Below, in pieces: positions 27,156 to 35,183 of a stretch of DNA of 35,183 nt. Every line of letters begins with the position of its first letter. Position 1 is the first letter of the stretch. Below the pieces are notes generated by a model. That model did not search any database. It had not been told where the DNA came from and was given only the letters and a program-made list of their open reading frames with translations. The DNA lies in sequence record DRR723986_3124. One strand, given 5' to 3'. A program made the translations under genes and the position numbers.

Positions 27156-29582
27156 GTGGACCGAAGATTCTTCACTTGGCTGATGCTGACATTGGCCCTC
27201 TGCTTCCTGTACATGGGCATGCGGCCTCAAGCTCCTGAGCCGCCACCACAGGATCCCACTGCTAAATCAACCGATCCACTACTGAATCCGAATGCGGCCA
27301 AGCCGGCAGCCCCGCAAACTCCAGCCGATGACGCCGACCAGAACGACGACGATTCGGCACCGGTAAAATTCCCGGAGAAAGTCGTCACGCTCGGGTCACT
27401 CGATCCAGCCAAGAATTCCAAGCTTCTCGTGACTATCTCGAGTCGCGGAGCTGGGGTTGAACGCGTTGAGCTTGTCGAACAGGAAAAACCTGGCAAGTTC
27501 AAGTATCGCGCACTGGAACTCGACGGCAGCTACATCGGCTACTTAAGTGGCATCGAAAACACCAAAGGACTAGGCGTTAGGTCCATTCCTGACGGCAGCC
27601 CGGCCCAAGCGGCTGGGATCCAAGTTGGCGACACGATCACGAAGATCAACGACATTTCTGTCAGAGTCCCCTCGGACTTGGAAGACATCCTGACCGACGT
27701 TAAACCAGGCTCACAGATCCAGATTGAGCTGGACCGCGACGGCGCAAGCTCGACAGTCACCGCGACAACAACATCTCCGCCACTTGATATGGTGCGGACA
27801 ACCCCGTGGAGCAGCGAACAAGTCCCGGGCAACAAGTCTCGCCGGGCACTGATGACAACCCTCGGCGCATTGAACCAAACAAAAGTCCCGGAAACGCAGC
27901 CCAGCTTGCCCGCTCTAGCTCCTGCCTTTGAAGAAAACTGGGAAATCAAACCGTTAGATGTACCCGGCGGTGAGGGCTATGAGTTCTCAATGCCGCTTGC
28001 TGGGTATCTCAAAGGCACCGGCCGCCCCAGCGACTTGGTTCTGATCAAGCGCTTCCGTCTTGTCGGTGGAGATCAGCCTGACTCCGGTTACGACCTGGAC
28101 GTTGAAACCGTTGTGCAAAACCGCAACGCCGAAGAAGTTAGCGTTGGCCTACGCCAAGAAGGCATCCCTGGGCTAACGCTCGAAGGATGGTGGTACTCGG
28201 TCAAGATCAGCCCCTACATGTTCTCCGGAGCTGGTAATCGTGATGTCATGTTCAATAGCGTCGCAGCCGGGCACAAGCTGCACACGACTCGCCAAATTCA
28301 TGACCGCGCTAAGAAAACACCTCTGAAGCCGAGCATCATGATGTTCAGCGAAGGGGAATCTGCCGAAGCCAGATCACTGTCTTACATCGGCGTCGATTCA
28401 CAATACTTCAACGCATCCATTCGTCCTCACCCAGAGGCACCGGAATCACTTACGGATTTGCGGCAAGCGGGCACGATGGCAATTGCCGACGCTGCTGCGG
28501 TCAACAAAAGCCAAGCTCAAGCAACGAACACTTCGTTCTGGTTTGACACCCAAGAGCAAAAGCTCGCATCGGGAGCCGAGCTTTCCCAGCGTTACATCGT
28601 TTACCTGGGCCCCAAAGATACGCAGATGCTCGAAAATCGCTCGCTTGATCGAGCCATCGAGTACGGCTGGTTCCCCTGGATTGCCAAGCCCCTGGGTTGG
28701 ATCTTGCACTTCTTCTATGACATCGTCCGCAACTACGGCTTGGCCATTGTAATGCTGACCGTGCTAGTTCGTGGCTGCATGTTCCCGCTGGGACGCAAGG
28801 CAGCAATGAACGCCCAGCGAATGCAAGAGCTTCAACCTGAGATCAAGAAACTCAACGAGCGGTATTCCGACAGCATGGAACGCGCTCAAGCGATGCAGGC
28901 GCTCTACAAGAAACACAACTTCAAGCCGCTGGCTGGGTGCCTTCCGATGTTCATCCAGCTTCCCATTTTCCTGGGACTGTATCGCTGCCTAAGCGTGGAC
29001 ATTTCGCTCCGCCAACAACCACTCATTCCGGGCTTGGACTGGTGCTCCAACCTTGCCGGACCTGACCAATTGCTCAACTGGAGCAGTTGGATGCCGGAAT
29101 TCATTGCCGGTCGCGGTACGGGCTGGCTTGGGCCGTACTTCAACATCCTGCCCATGGTAACCGTCGCGTTGTTCCTCCTGCAGCAGCAAATGCTGATGCC
29201 TAAGGCGACAGATGATCAAACCCGAATTACACAGAACATGATGAAGGTCATGACCATATTCATGGGCGTGTTATTCTTCAAAGTTCCCGCCGGATTGTGC
29301 ATCTACTTCATCACGTCCAGCCTGTGGTCACTGGTTGAGCGGAAGCTGGTCAAACGCCTCACGCCACCGCCAAAGACTCCTGTCGAGGAAGCTGCGGAAC
29401 CAGCGAAGCCGAGCAAGTCGTCTAGCAAGAACCGCCGCAAGGGTTCAGACAACGAACCAAAGAAGCTCAGCAAACTCGAGGAATTGCGTCGCATGATGGA
29501 GCAGCAGCAAGGCAGCAACTCGACCACCGTACGAGGTAGCTCCAAAGGCAACCGCCAGAATCGAAAGAAACGCAAGAAGTAA
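27156..29582 (+). CDS. yidC: Membrane protein insertase YidC with PDZ insertion and long basic C-tail
   Basis: N-terminal TM, large periplasmic domain, YLGPK, IEYGWF, NYGLAIVMLTVLVR, MQELQPEI, GCLPMFIQLPIF, PAGLCIYF. GTG start. Confidence 0.95.
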   Translation: MDRRFFTWLMLTLALCFLYMGMRPQAPEPPPQDPTAKSTDPLLNPNAAKPAAPQTPADDADQNDDDSAPVKFPEKVVTLGSLDPAKNSKLLVTISSRGAGVERVELVEQEKPGKFKYRALELDGSYIGYLSGIENTKGLGVRSIPDGSPAQAAGIQVGDTITKINDISVRVPSDLEDILTDVKPGSQIQIELDRDGASSTVTATTTSPPLDMVRTTPWSSEQVPGNKSRRALMTTLGALNQTKVPETQPSLPALAPAFEENWEIKPLDVPGGEGYEFSMPLAGYLKGTGRPSDLVLIKRFRLVGGDQPDSGYDLDVETVVQNRNAEEVSVGLRQEGIPGLTLEGWWYSVKISPYMFSGAGNRDVMFNSVAAGHKLHTTRQIHDRAKKTPLKPSIMMFSEGESAEARSLSYIGVDSQYFNASIRPHPEAPESLTDLRQAGTMAIADAAAVNKSQAQATNTSFWFDTQEQKLASGAELSQRYIVYLGPKDTQMLENRSLDRAIEYGWFPWIAKPLGWILHFFYDIVRNYGLAIVMLTVLVRGCMFPLGRKAAMNAQRMQELQPEIKKLNERYSDSMERAQAMQALYKKHNFKPLAGCLPMFIQLPIFLGLYRCLSVDISLRQQPLIPGLDWCSNLAGPDQLLNWSSWMPEFIAGRGTGWLGPYFNILPMVTVALFLLQQQMLMPKATDDQTRITQNMMKVMTIFMGVLFFKVPAGLCIYFITSSLWSLVERKLVKRLTPPPKTPVEEAAEPAKPSKSSSKNRRKGSDNEPKKLSKLEELRRMMEQQQGSNSTTVRGSSKGNRQNRKKRKK

Positions 29583-29658
29583 GCTCCAGGGATCGAGTTC
29601 CTGCACGAGACTTTTTACAAGCTGATCCGCCACCATCTGCGAGGTTGGTCGGCGTCCC

Positions 29659-30741
29659 CTAGAACAAATCCAGTTGTTGACCGGGCAGGGTAGGGCGGCG
29701 AAAGTGGGATGTTTCCAAACTAGGTAGCTCGCGATTGTTCAATTCGTACTTCTGGCAGAACACCTGAAACATCTGCTTGATCGATTGAGCAATCGGCCCT
29801 CCACCCCGCATTCTCTTCCCGAACTCCGCCTCAGTTAGCTCGCCGCCTCGCGTCCCCCGAATGCTGGACTCTACCATCTCGGCTTTGCTTGGATACTTCT
29901 CGTGCAGCCAATCGAAGAATACCGGTCGCACGCTGCTGGGCAGCCGCAACATGATGTAGCTGGCTGATTTTGCACCCGCATCTGCGGCAGCCTGAAGGAT
30001 GCTCGGTAACTCGTGATTGGTCAGCCCGGGAATGACCGGTGAGATCATCACGGTCACATGAATACCAGCCTGGCTGAGCTCCTCAATTGCCCGCAACCTG
30101 GCAGCCGGAGTGCTCGTCCTGGGCTCCAAATCGCGTGCCAAGGAAGCATCGAGCGTCGTTAAACTGACCGCCACTGATGCCAAGTGTCGGCCAGCCATCT
30201 CGGACAGCAAGTCGATGTCGCGCGTCACCATCGCATTTTTCGTAATCACCCCCAAGGGCTGTCGAGCATCCAAGGCGACTTGAATGCACTTACGTGTGAT
30301 CTCAAGCTTACGTTCGACCGGCTGATAGCAGTCTGTTACACCGGACATCACCACCCACTCGGGCTTGTAGTTTGCTCTAGCAAGCCACCTTCGAAAGAGC
30401 TCAGCGGCGGTTCGTTTTACGACAATCTTGGATTCGAAATCGATGCCCGCATCGTAGCCAAGGTACTCGTGCGTTGGCCGCGCGTAACAGTAGCTGCAAC
30501 CGTGCTGACATCCACGGTAGGGATTTAAACTATAGCGAAATGGGACGTCTGGGCTTTGATTTTCAGAGATGATCGACTTTGAATCGTCGTCAAAATACTC
30601 GGTCTGAACGTGGCCTCGAAGCGATACTTCTTCGCCGTCATGCTCAAAGTCCTCGTACTGTGGCTCAACGTGGATTCTTTCGAACCGGTTGGCTGGCCCA
30701 TTCCTGCTCCCACGCCCTTTAGCTATTGGTAAATCATCCAT
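29659..30741 (-). CDS. PA0069/Rv2578c-family radical SAM protein (spore-photoproduct-lyase-like)
   Basis: SLNPYRGCQHGCSYCYARPTHEYLG (CxxxCxxC), SGVTDCYQPVE, LEPRT; ends in QLDLF. Confidence 0.92.
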   Translation of the reverse strand: MDDLPIAKGRGSRNGPANRFERIHVEPQYEDFEHDGEEVSLRGHVQTEYFDDDSKSIISENQSPDVPFRYSLNPYRGCQHGCSYCYARPTHEYLGYDAGIDFESKIVVKRTAAELFRRWLARANYKPEWVVMSGVTDCYQPVERKLEITRKCIQVALDARQPLGVITKNAMVTRDIDLLSEMAGRHLASVAVSLTTLDASLARDLEPRTSTPAARLRAIEELSQAGIHVTVMISPVIPGLTNHELPSILQAAADAGAKSASYIMLRLPSSVRPVFFDWLHEKYPSKAEMVESSIRGTRGGELTEAEFGKRMRGGGPIAQSIKQMFQVFCQKYELNNRELPSLETSHFRRPTLPGQQLDLF

Positions 30742-30901
30742 ACGGACATTCTACCAGGGCAACAATTGCAGATCGCCTAACACCAGTGGACTTGGGGGGC
30801 TTGCCCGCGTCTTTCGGCGCAGTAACTACGTGCCGTTGGAGCTACTTGTCTCAAATCTGTCGCCCGCGATGTATTGCAGACGGAGAGAACGCAGTGCAGA
30901 A

Positions 30902-31213
30902 CTACTGCAGGCCGGCGGTTTCTGAATAGTGGGCATCGGAGTACTGCGAATGCAACGAAGCGGGGCGGCGCATCACGCCTGCTACGATGAGAACGCCCAA
31001 GCTAGCGGTGTGGGTCAGCCAACATCCATCGACACTCGTCACGGCTCGAATTGTCAAACCTGCTACTGCCATGAGTGCAAAGAAGTAGAGCGCCTGCGTC
31101 AGCGCACAGTCCTGTCCACGTTTCTGGGTGTAGAGCGCTGCAATGGCCCACATCGTGAGGGCAGGAGCCAACAATCCGCAACCAACCGCCGCCGCCTGAA
31201 TAACGCTTTCCAT
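30902..31213 (-). CDS. Small hypothetical membrane protein (~3 TM, 103 aa)
   Basis: ATG at 31213 (MESVIQAAAV...), three hydrophobic segments, same strand as both neighbours. Confidence 0.6.
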   Translation of the reverse strand: MESVIQAAAVGCGLLAPALTMWAIAALYTQKRGQDCALTQALYFFALMAVAGLTIRAVTSVDGCWLTHTASLGVLIVAGVMRRPASLHSQYSDAHYSETAGLQ

Positions 31214-31433
31214 GCACGCAATCCTTTCGCCACATGAATGAGATGAGTCGGTCGAAAGTGATTCCAATCGCAAGCGATTGGCTGAGCCAGCTTTGCGAGC
31301 GATCCTTGCTCAAACACTGGACATCAGCAGACTTTAGTCTTTTCTCTTCGACAGTCTGCTTTTAGCAAAATTTCTTCTGCAAAAACAAGGGCTTTCGCCG
31401 CAATTCGCAGGCTTTAGCCTTAGCGGGTATACG

Positions 31434-31461
31434 AAAAAAGGCTGGCAAAAAGCCAGCCTTT
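31434..31461 (-). terminator. Intrinsic terminator
   Basis: 10-bp stem AAAGGCTGGC / GCCAGCCTTT with a 5-nt loop and a U6 tract on the minus strand, about 70 nt after the stop at 31534. Confidence 0.8.
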
Positions 31462-31533
31462 CTCGGTATTCCCCACACAACTTGCGTCCCAGCAGACAAT
31501 CCCACGCGACGCAAGTCAATGCTCTGCAATCAA

Positions 31534-33486
31534 CTACTTATCCAGCATCTCTTCGAGAAGCGAATCAATCTCAAGCGAGAACAGACCTACTTTCTCAACT
31601 CGGCCATCTTTGCCGACGACAATGTTGAGCGGCAATGACAATACGCCGTAGTTGACTGCGAACGGACCATCCAGCCCCTTTGTTTCGGCAATTTGTGGCC
31701 AAGTGTAGCCGCCACTTCTCAGGAAAGCATCTCTGGCTTGCTGATCGGTAGCGCTCACGTCAAAGTTAATCCCGACGACGCGAACACCATCCTTCGCATA
31801 CTTTGCCGCAATCTGCTTCAGAACGGCCATCTCAGACTTGGATTGAGTGCTCCAGTTGGCCCAGCAATGGTAAATCACGGGTCCGCCACGGTAGGCGCCC
31901 GCTTGAAAGCGTCCTCCGTCCACGCGGTTTCCGGTGAATGTGAATGCTTTGCCCTCTAGGTTCAAACGCCGCAGAGCTCCAGCAGCCTTTTGCCCCGGCA
32001 GGGATTCACCCAGCACAGTTGCAGCTTGCCGGTACCACTTGCTAGCTTCTGCGACATCGCCGGCCAGCTCAGCGGAAAGTGCGATATTGATCATCGCGTC
32101 CGCCGCCTCGGCACTTTCTGGATACTCGTTCGCGAACTTGGCAAGCCGTTTGACATGGGCGTCCTGCACTTCCTCCCACTGGTCTTCCTTTGCCTCTGCT
32201 GAAGCTTGCTGATGCCTTGCTTCGAGCGATCGATAGACAACGTAGGCAATATCGCTCTCTGCAGCGCCACTGCTGCCAAGTCGCCGCGCGAATGACTCTA
32301 ATCGATCAACGCCGCCCTTGTACTCACCAGCCTGAGCCGCCGCGTTGACGGTATCAGCAAGCTGCCGAATCCAGTTGCTTCGCTCATCGGGCTCCTTTGT
32401 TTCGGCAACCAACTTCTCCAAGATCGAAGCTCGCTCATCGTGCAGTCGCTCCATATCGCCCGGAGTACCGCTAAGCAGTTGAGTGTCGACTTCCTGCAGT
32501 TCACCGACTAAACGGACCAAAACTGAACTGACGCCAGGTGCTGTGGCACTGCTTCCTGTATTCCGAGAGCTAAACGTAGCGGTGAAGAACATGCCCTCTT
32601 CGTTCAGCACAGCTCCATCCGTCACGGCGCGAGGCAAATCGACCAATCGCCAGCGATTACCCACCTGAACCATCGTACCGACCAGCAACTGCTTGGCTTC
32701 TTCCTGGTCCTCAAACAGTGCAACGACGTTTTCGTAGACTACCACGTCTTGCTCGGAACCCTCGGTACCTGCGGGCACTACGCCGGGTTTGTCGGCCCCG
32801 AAGTTCGTCCACTTGCTGTTTCGCGTCACAATACTCTGGCCTGCGGACCAATCCTCGAACTGAGTTCTTGCATCGCGAACGCGTTGGGAAAGTTTCTCCA
32901 GCTTGGCCTGACCAAGCCCCAGACTTTCTAGCTCGTCCAGGGTGATCAAAAGACGTTCAAAACGCGATGGATCACGCTCAGCGGTCGCGCCGATGACCTC
33001 CGCCGTCACCTCTTCGGCCGAAATAGCGGCCCAGCGATCAATTTTGCCGTCTTCATCTTCGTCAATTCCGCGCCGCATGCCTGCCGTGCTTAACCAACGA
33101 TATTCATCCGCCTTGCGATTGGCGTCGGTGTCGGTTTCACGATACACCTCAACGCCTGCATTGTAGAAACTCCAACGGTCCAGCTTGTTGTCACCGTTTG
33201 TGTCAGCAAACCATCGCAGCGGCTGGCCGGCGGGACCAGAAACGAAGAATCCAGCAATCCCGTCGCGTTTTCCTTCGTCCAGTCGACAACTTTCGATCTC
33301 GCTCGGTGGCACTTGCTCAACGTCGACGCCGGGTTGCCGCGGAGGAATCGCGAGTGCCTTTTCAAGTTTCGAGTCGCCGGACTGTGCAAATGCTCCTGGA
33401 CCGAACAGCGATGCGCCCGCGAAGGAAATCCCCAAGGTTAGGTTCGCCAGTCTTTGGCTGGGAACCAGTTTCTTTCGACCGATCAT
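31534..33486 (-). CDS. Secreted multidomain protein: DxDxDG-like repeats, helical/TPR-like region, C-terminal TlpA-like thioredoxin fold
   Basis: Signal peptide ...GPGAFA; DTNGDNKLD, DTDANRKAD, DEDEDGKID; YPESAEAADA...ASKWYRQ; C-terminal PVIYHCWANWSTQSKSEM...VVGINFD...YGVLSLP...VVGKDGRV. Confidence 0.8.
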   Translation of the reverse strand: MIGRKKLVPSQRLANLTLGISFAGASLFGPGAFAQSGDSKLEKALAIPPRQPGVDVEQVPPSEIESCRLDEGKRDGIAGFFVSGPAGQPLRWFADTNGDNKLDRWSFYNAGVEVYRETDTDANRKADEYRWLSTAGMRRGIDEDEDGKIDRWAAISAEEVTAEVIGATAERDPSRFERLLITLDELESLGLGQAKLEKLSQRVRDARTQFEDWSAGQSIVTRNSKWTNFGADKPGVVPAGTEGSEQDVVVYENVVALFEDQEEAKQLLVGTMVQVGNRWRLVDLPRAVTDGAVLNEEGMFFTATFSSRNTGSSATAPGVSSVLVRLVGELQEVDTQLLSGTPGDMERLHDERASILEKLVAETKEPDERSNWIRQLADTVNAAAQAGEYKGGVDRLESFARRLGSSGAAESDIAYVVYRSLEARHQQASAEAKEDQWEEVQDAHVKRLAKFANEYPESAEAADAMINIALSAELAGDVAEASKWYRQAATVLGESLPGQKAAGALRRLNLEGKAFTFTGNRVDGGRFQAGAYRGGPVIYHCWANWSTQSKSEMAVLKQIAAKYAKDGVRVVGINFDVSATDQQARDAFLRSGGYTWPQIAETKGLDGPFAVNYGVLSLPLNIVVGKDGRVEKVGLFSLEIDSLLEEMLDK

Positions 33487-34160
33487 TGCATTTCATTCCT
33501 TTATTAGAGCAAGCAACTCTACGCGGGCCCGAGAACAAGCCCTTTGTCGTTGATTATTCAATTGAGTCGCACTGACGTTGCGCCACCGCGGCCGATTTTC
33601 TCTCTAGTTCTCTCGTTGTAGCAACTCTTGGAGTTCGGAGGAATTGATATTTCTACCGAAGTCTCAGGTCAAATGCCCAAATCCCACTGACAGGCCTCGC
33701 AGTTTGCCACCATCGCCCAACCTGTTATCCCGCTCTTGGTGATTATCGCCTGCAGATAATTAATGGCCTGCCTCCAATTGGGAGTTGTTCAATCGGCGCG
33801 AGAGTCTTGCCGAGCTGCCTTACTGCCTGAACACGCCATCCAGCGGAACTTTCCCCCAACAACAACTGAGGCACAAAACGACAACAGAGAGCATGTGTCC
33901 GCTTGGCCAGATGATTTGACCAGGTGATCTCGCCAAGCGAACCAATCGCGACTACTCAGTACGGATACCCTACGCTGGCATGCGGCATCGCTATCACCAC
34001 CATCGTGGAACTCGGATGGCTACTGAAAGTGGTGGTTTCAAACCTTTCGACGATGATCTTCTAAAGAGTCTGCGGGCTCCGGCCGATACAACGCATTCCG
34101 GTCCTAGCGGTATCGGAGTGACGCTAGTCTAAAAATGCTTCGACGTTTGTGAACTTCGTG

Positions 34161-34188
34161 TTGACAGGCGCGAACCTTTGGATACGAT
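34161..34188 (+). promoter_or_regulatory. Sigma-70-type promoter for the tRNA pair
   Basis: TTGACA-16 nt-TACGAT about 95 nt upstream of tRNA-Ile. A 16-bp spacer is typical of stable-RNA promoters. Confidence 0.8.
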
Positions 34189-34282
34189 TTGCGTTCCTTG
34201 AGTGGGCGTCCTGAACAGTTCCTTTATGGACTCGGGCGTTGCTCAGCGGTGGCATCATGCCATGCCTTCAGCAATTGCTGAC

Positions 34283-34356
34283 GGGCGTGTAGCTCAGTTG
34301 GTTAGAGCGCGTCGCTGATAACGACGAGGTCCCAGGTTCGAATCCTGGCACGCCCA
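34283..34356 (+). tRNA. tRNA-Ile(GAT)
   Basis: Acceptor GGGCGTG/CACGCCC, anticodon arm CGTCG-ctGATaa-CGACG, T-loop GGTTCGAATCC. CCA not encoded. Confidence 0.97.
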
Positions 34357-34420
34357 CTTTGAAGTAGCTTTTGACGTTTGCTTGACGGCGGCATCAAATG
34401 TTTGCTTCGCCCGTAAACAC

Positions 34421-34493
34421 GGGGGTGTAGCTCAGTTGGGAGAGCACTTGGTTTGCATCCAAGGGGTCATCGGTTCAAGTCCGTTCACCTCCA
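34421..34493 (+). tRNA. tRNA-Ala(TGC)
   Basis: Acceptor GGGGGTG/CACCTCC with G3:U70, anticodon arm CTTGG-ttTGCat-CCAAG, T-loop GGTTCAAGTCC. CCA not encoded. Confidence 0.97.
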
Positions 34494-34730
34494 CTTACAC
34501 ACCACTGAATCGAGGGTTCGCCCTCACTTCTTTGGTGTGTAACAGTTTGACGAAGAGCCCTCGAGTTCAGCTCGAATGGCAATTCAGAAAACTTCGCCAC
34601 AATGTTCAAAACTGGACTTGCGGCAAAGCGAGAATCTGAGAAGATCCTCGCTCGCTTAAGTGAGTCAGCGAGAGGCCTACCAGCCACTCAAGACAACTTG
34701 GCGGCATCGCAAAAACATTTGCTTTTGCCG

Positions 34731-34759
34731 TTGACGACTCGACTCACGACGCGTAAATT
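34731..34759 (+). promoter_or_regulatory. Sigma-70-type promoter upstream of 23S rRNA
   Basis: TTGACG-17 nt-TAAATT, followed by a hairpin and a boxA-like element. Confidence 0.65.
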
Positions 34760-34769
34760 ACTGAGCTCC

Positions 34770-34811
34770 TCTGACGGGACACCTGTCAGACGAGACGCTG
34801 ATCTTTGACAA
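34770..34811 (+). promoter_or_regulatory. rrn antitermination boxB-like hairpin and boxA
   Basis: TCTGACGGG-aca-CCTGTCAGA hairpin, then TGATCTTTGACAA (boxA consensus TGCTCTTTAACA). Confidence 0.7.
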
Positions 34812-35000
34812 AATGGTTGATTGGTAGATGGCATCTATAACGTGTCTTGCACCGCAAGACACGACACGACGCTGGAGCCAAATCCTTGAGCCTCGGCTCA
34901 GTTATTTGGTTACCGAGTGAGCACTTAGCAGCACGCAATAGCGTGCATAGCCGAAAGCTCGATGCACTTGTGAGTAATCGCAAGAGTTTGAGATTTCGGT

Positions 35001-35183
35001 GGTCAAGTTACTAAGGGCGCATGGGGGATGTCTTGGCATCAGAAGGCGATGAAGGGCGTGGAAGTCTGCGAAAAGCTTGGGGGAGCTGACAAACAAGTGT
35101 TTATCCCGAGATACCCGAATTAGCTCACAGTGAATTCATAGCTGTGGGTGGCCAACCCAGGGAACTGAAACATCTAAGTACCT
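35001..35183 (+). rRNA. rrl: 23S rRNA, 5' end (truncated by the window)
   Basis: GGTCAAGTTACTAAGGGCGCATGGGGGATGTCTTGG...GGCGATGAAGG...GGGAACTGAAACATCTAAGTACC are conserved 23S domain I segments. Confidence 0.97.

Noticed and set aside
34382-35096. Small ORFs over the tRNA/23S region
   Set aside because: They overlap tRNA-Ala, the rrn leader and 23S rRNA, so they are spurious.
1-35183. CRISPR array, prophage, IS/integrase or defence island
   Set aside because: No regularly spaced repeats and no transposase, integrase, phage or nuclease-like ORFs recognised. Gene content is housekeeping.

Overview
Core-genome chromosomal segment, most likely from a planctomycete (Pirellulaceae-like). The lineage call is an inference from the DUF1598-type protein, the groEL-groES-groEL-dnaJ-grpE order, the YidC with a long basic tail, and a 23S gene with no linked 16S. 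Gene order: REP-like palindrome, FHA protein, TraX-like acyltransferase, dnaE, DUF1598-like secreted protein, divergent NarL-type and NtrC-type (sigma-54 activator) response regulators, sucCD, TetA-like MFS transporter, purC, GH10-fold protein, a minus-strand proteostasis cluster (groEL-groES-groEL-dnaJ-grpE-FmdB-two M16B peptidase subunits), a membrane protein, PDZ-containing yidC, PA0069-type radical SAM protein, a small membrane protein, a secreted thioredoxin-like protein, tRNA-Ile, tRNA-Ala and the 5' end of 23S rRNA. I see no transposase, integrase, prophage or CRISPR array. Best leads: (1) a perfect sigma-54 promoter and an SD-occluding hairpin in front of the chaperone/peptidase cluster; (2) an M16B active site split across two genes; (3) a PDZ domain inserted in YidC; (4) two apparent pseudo-enzymes (GH10 fold without catalytic glutamates, thioredoxin fold with SxxS instead of CxxC); (5) a consensus beta-clamp motif ending the radical SAM protein; (6) competing RNA stems between tRNA-Ala and a separately promoted 23S gene. 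All family calls come from motif recognition by eye; no searches were run.
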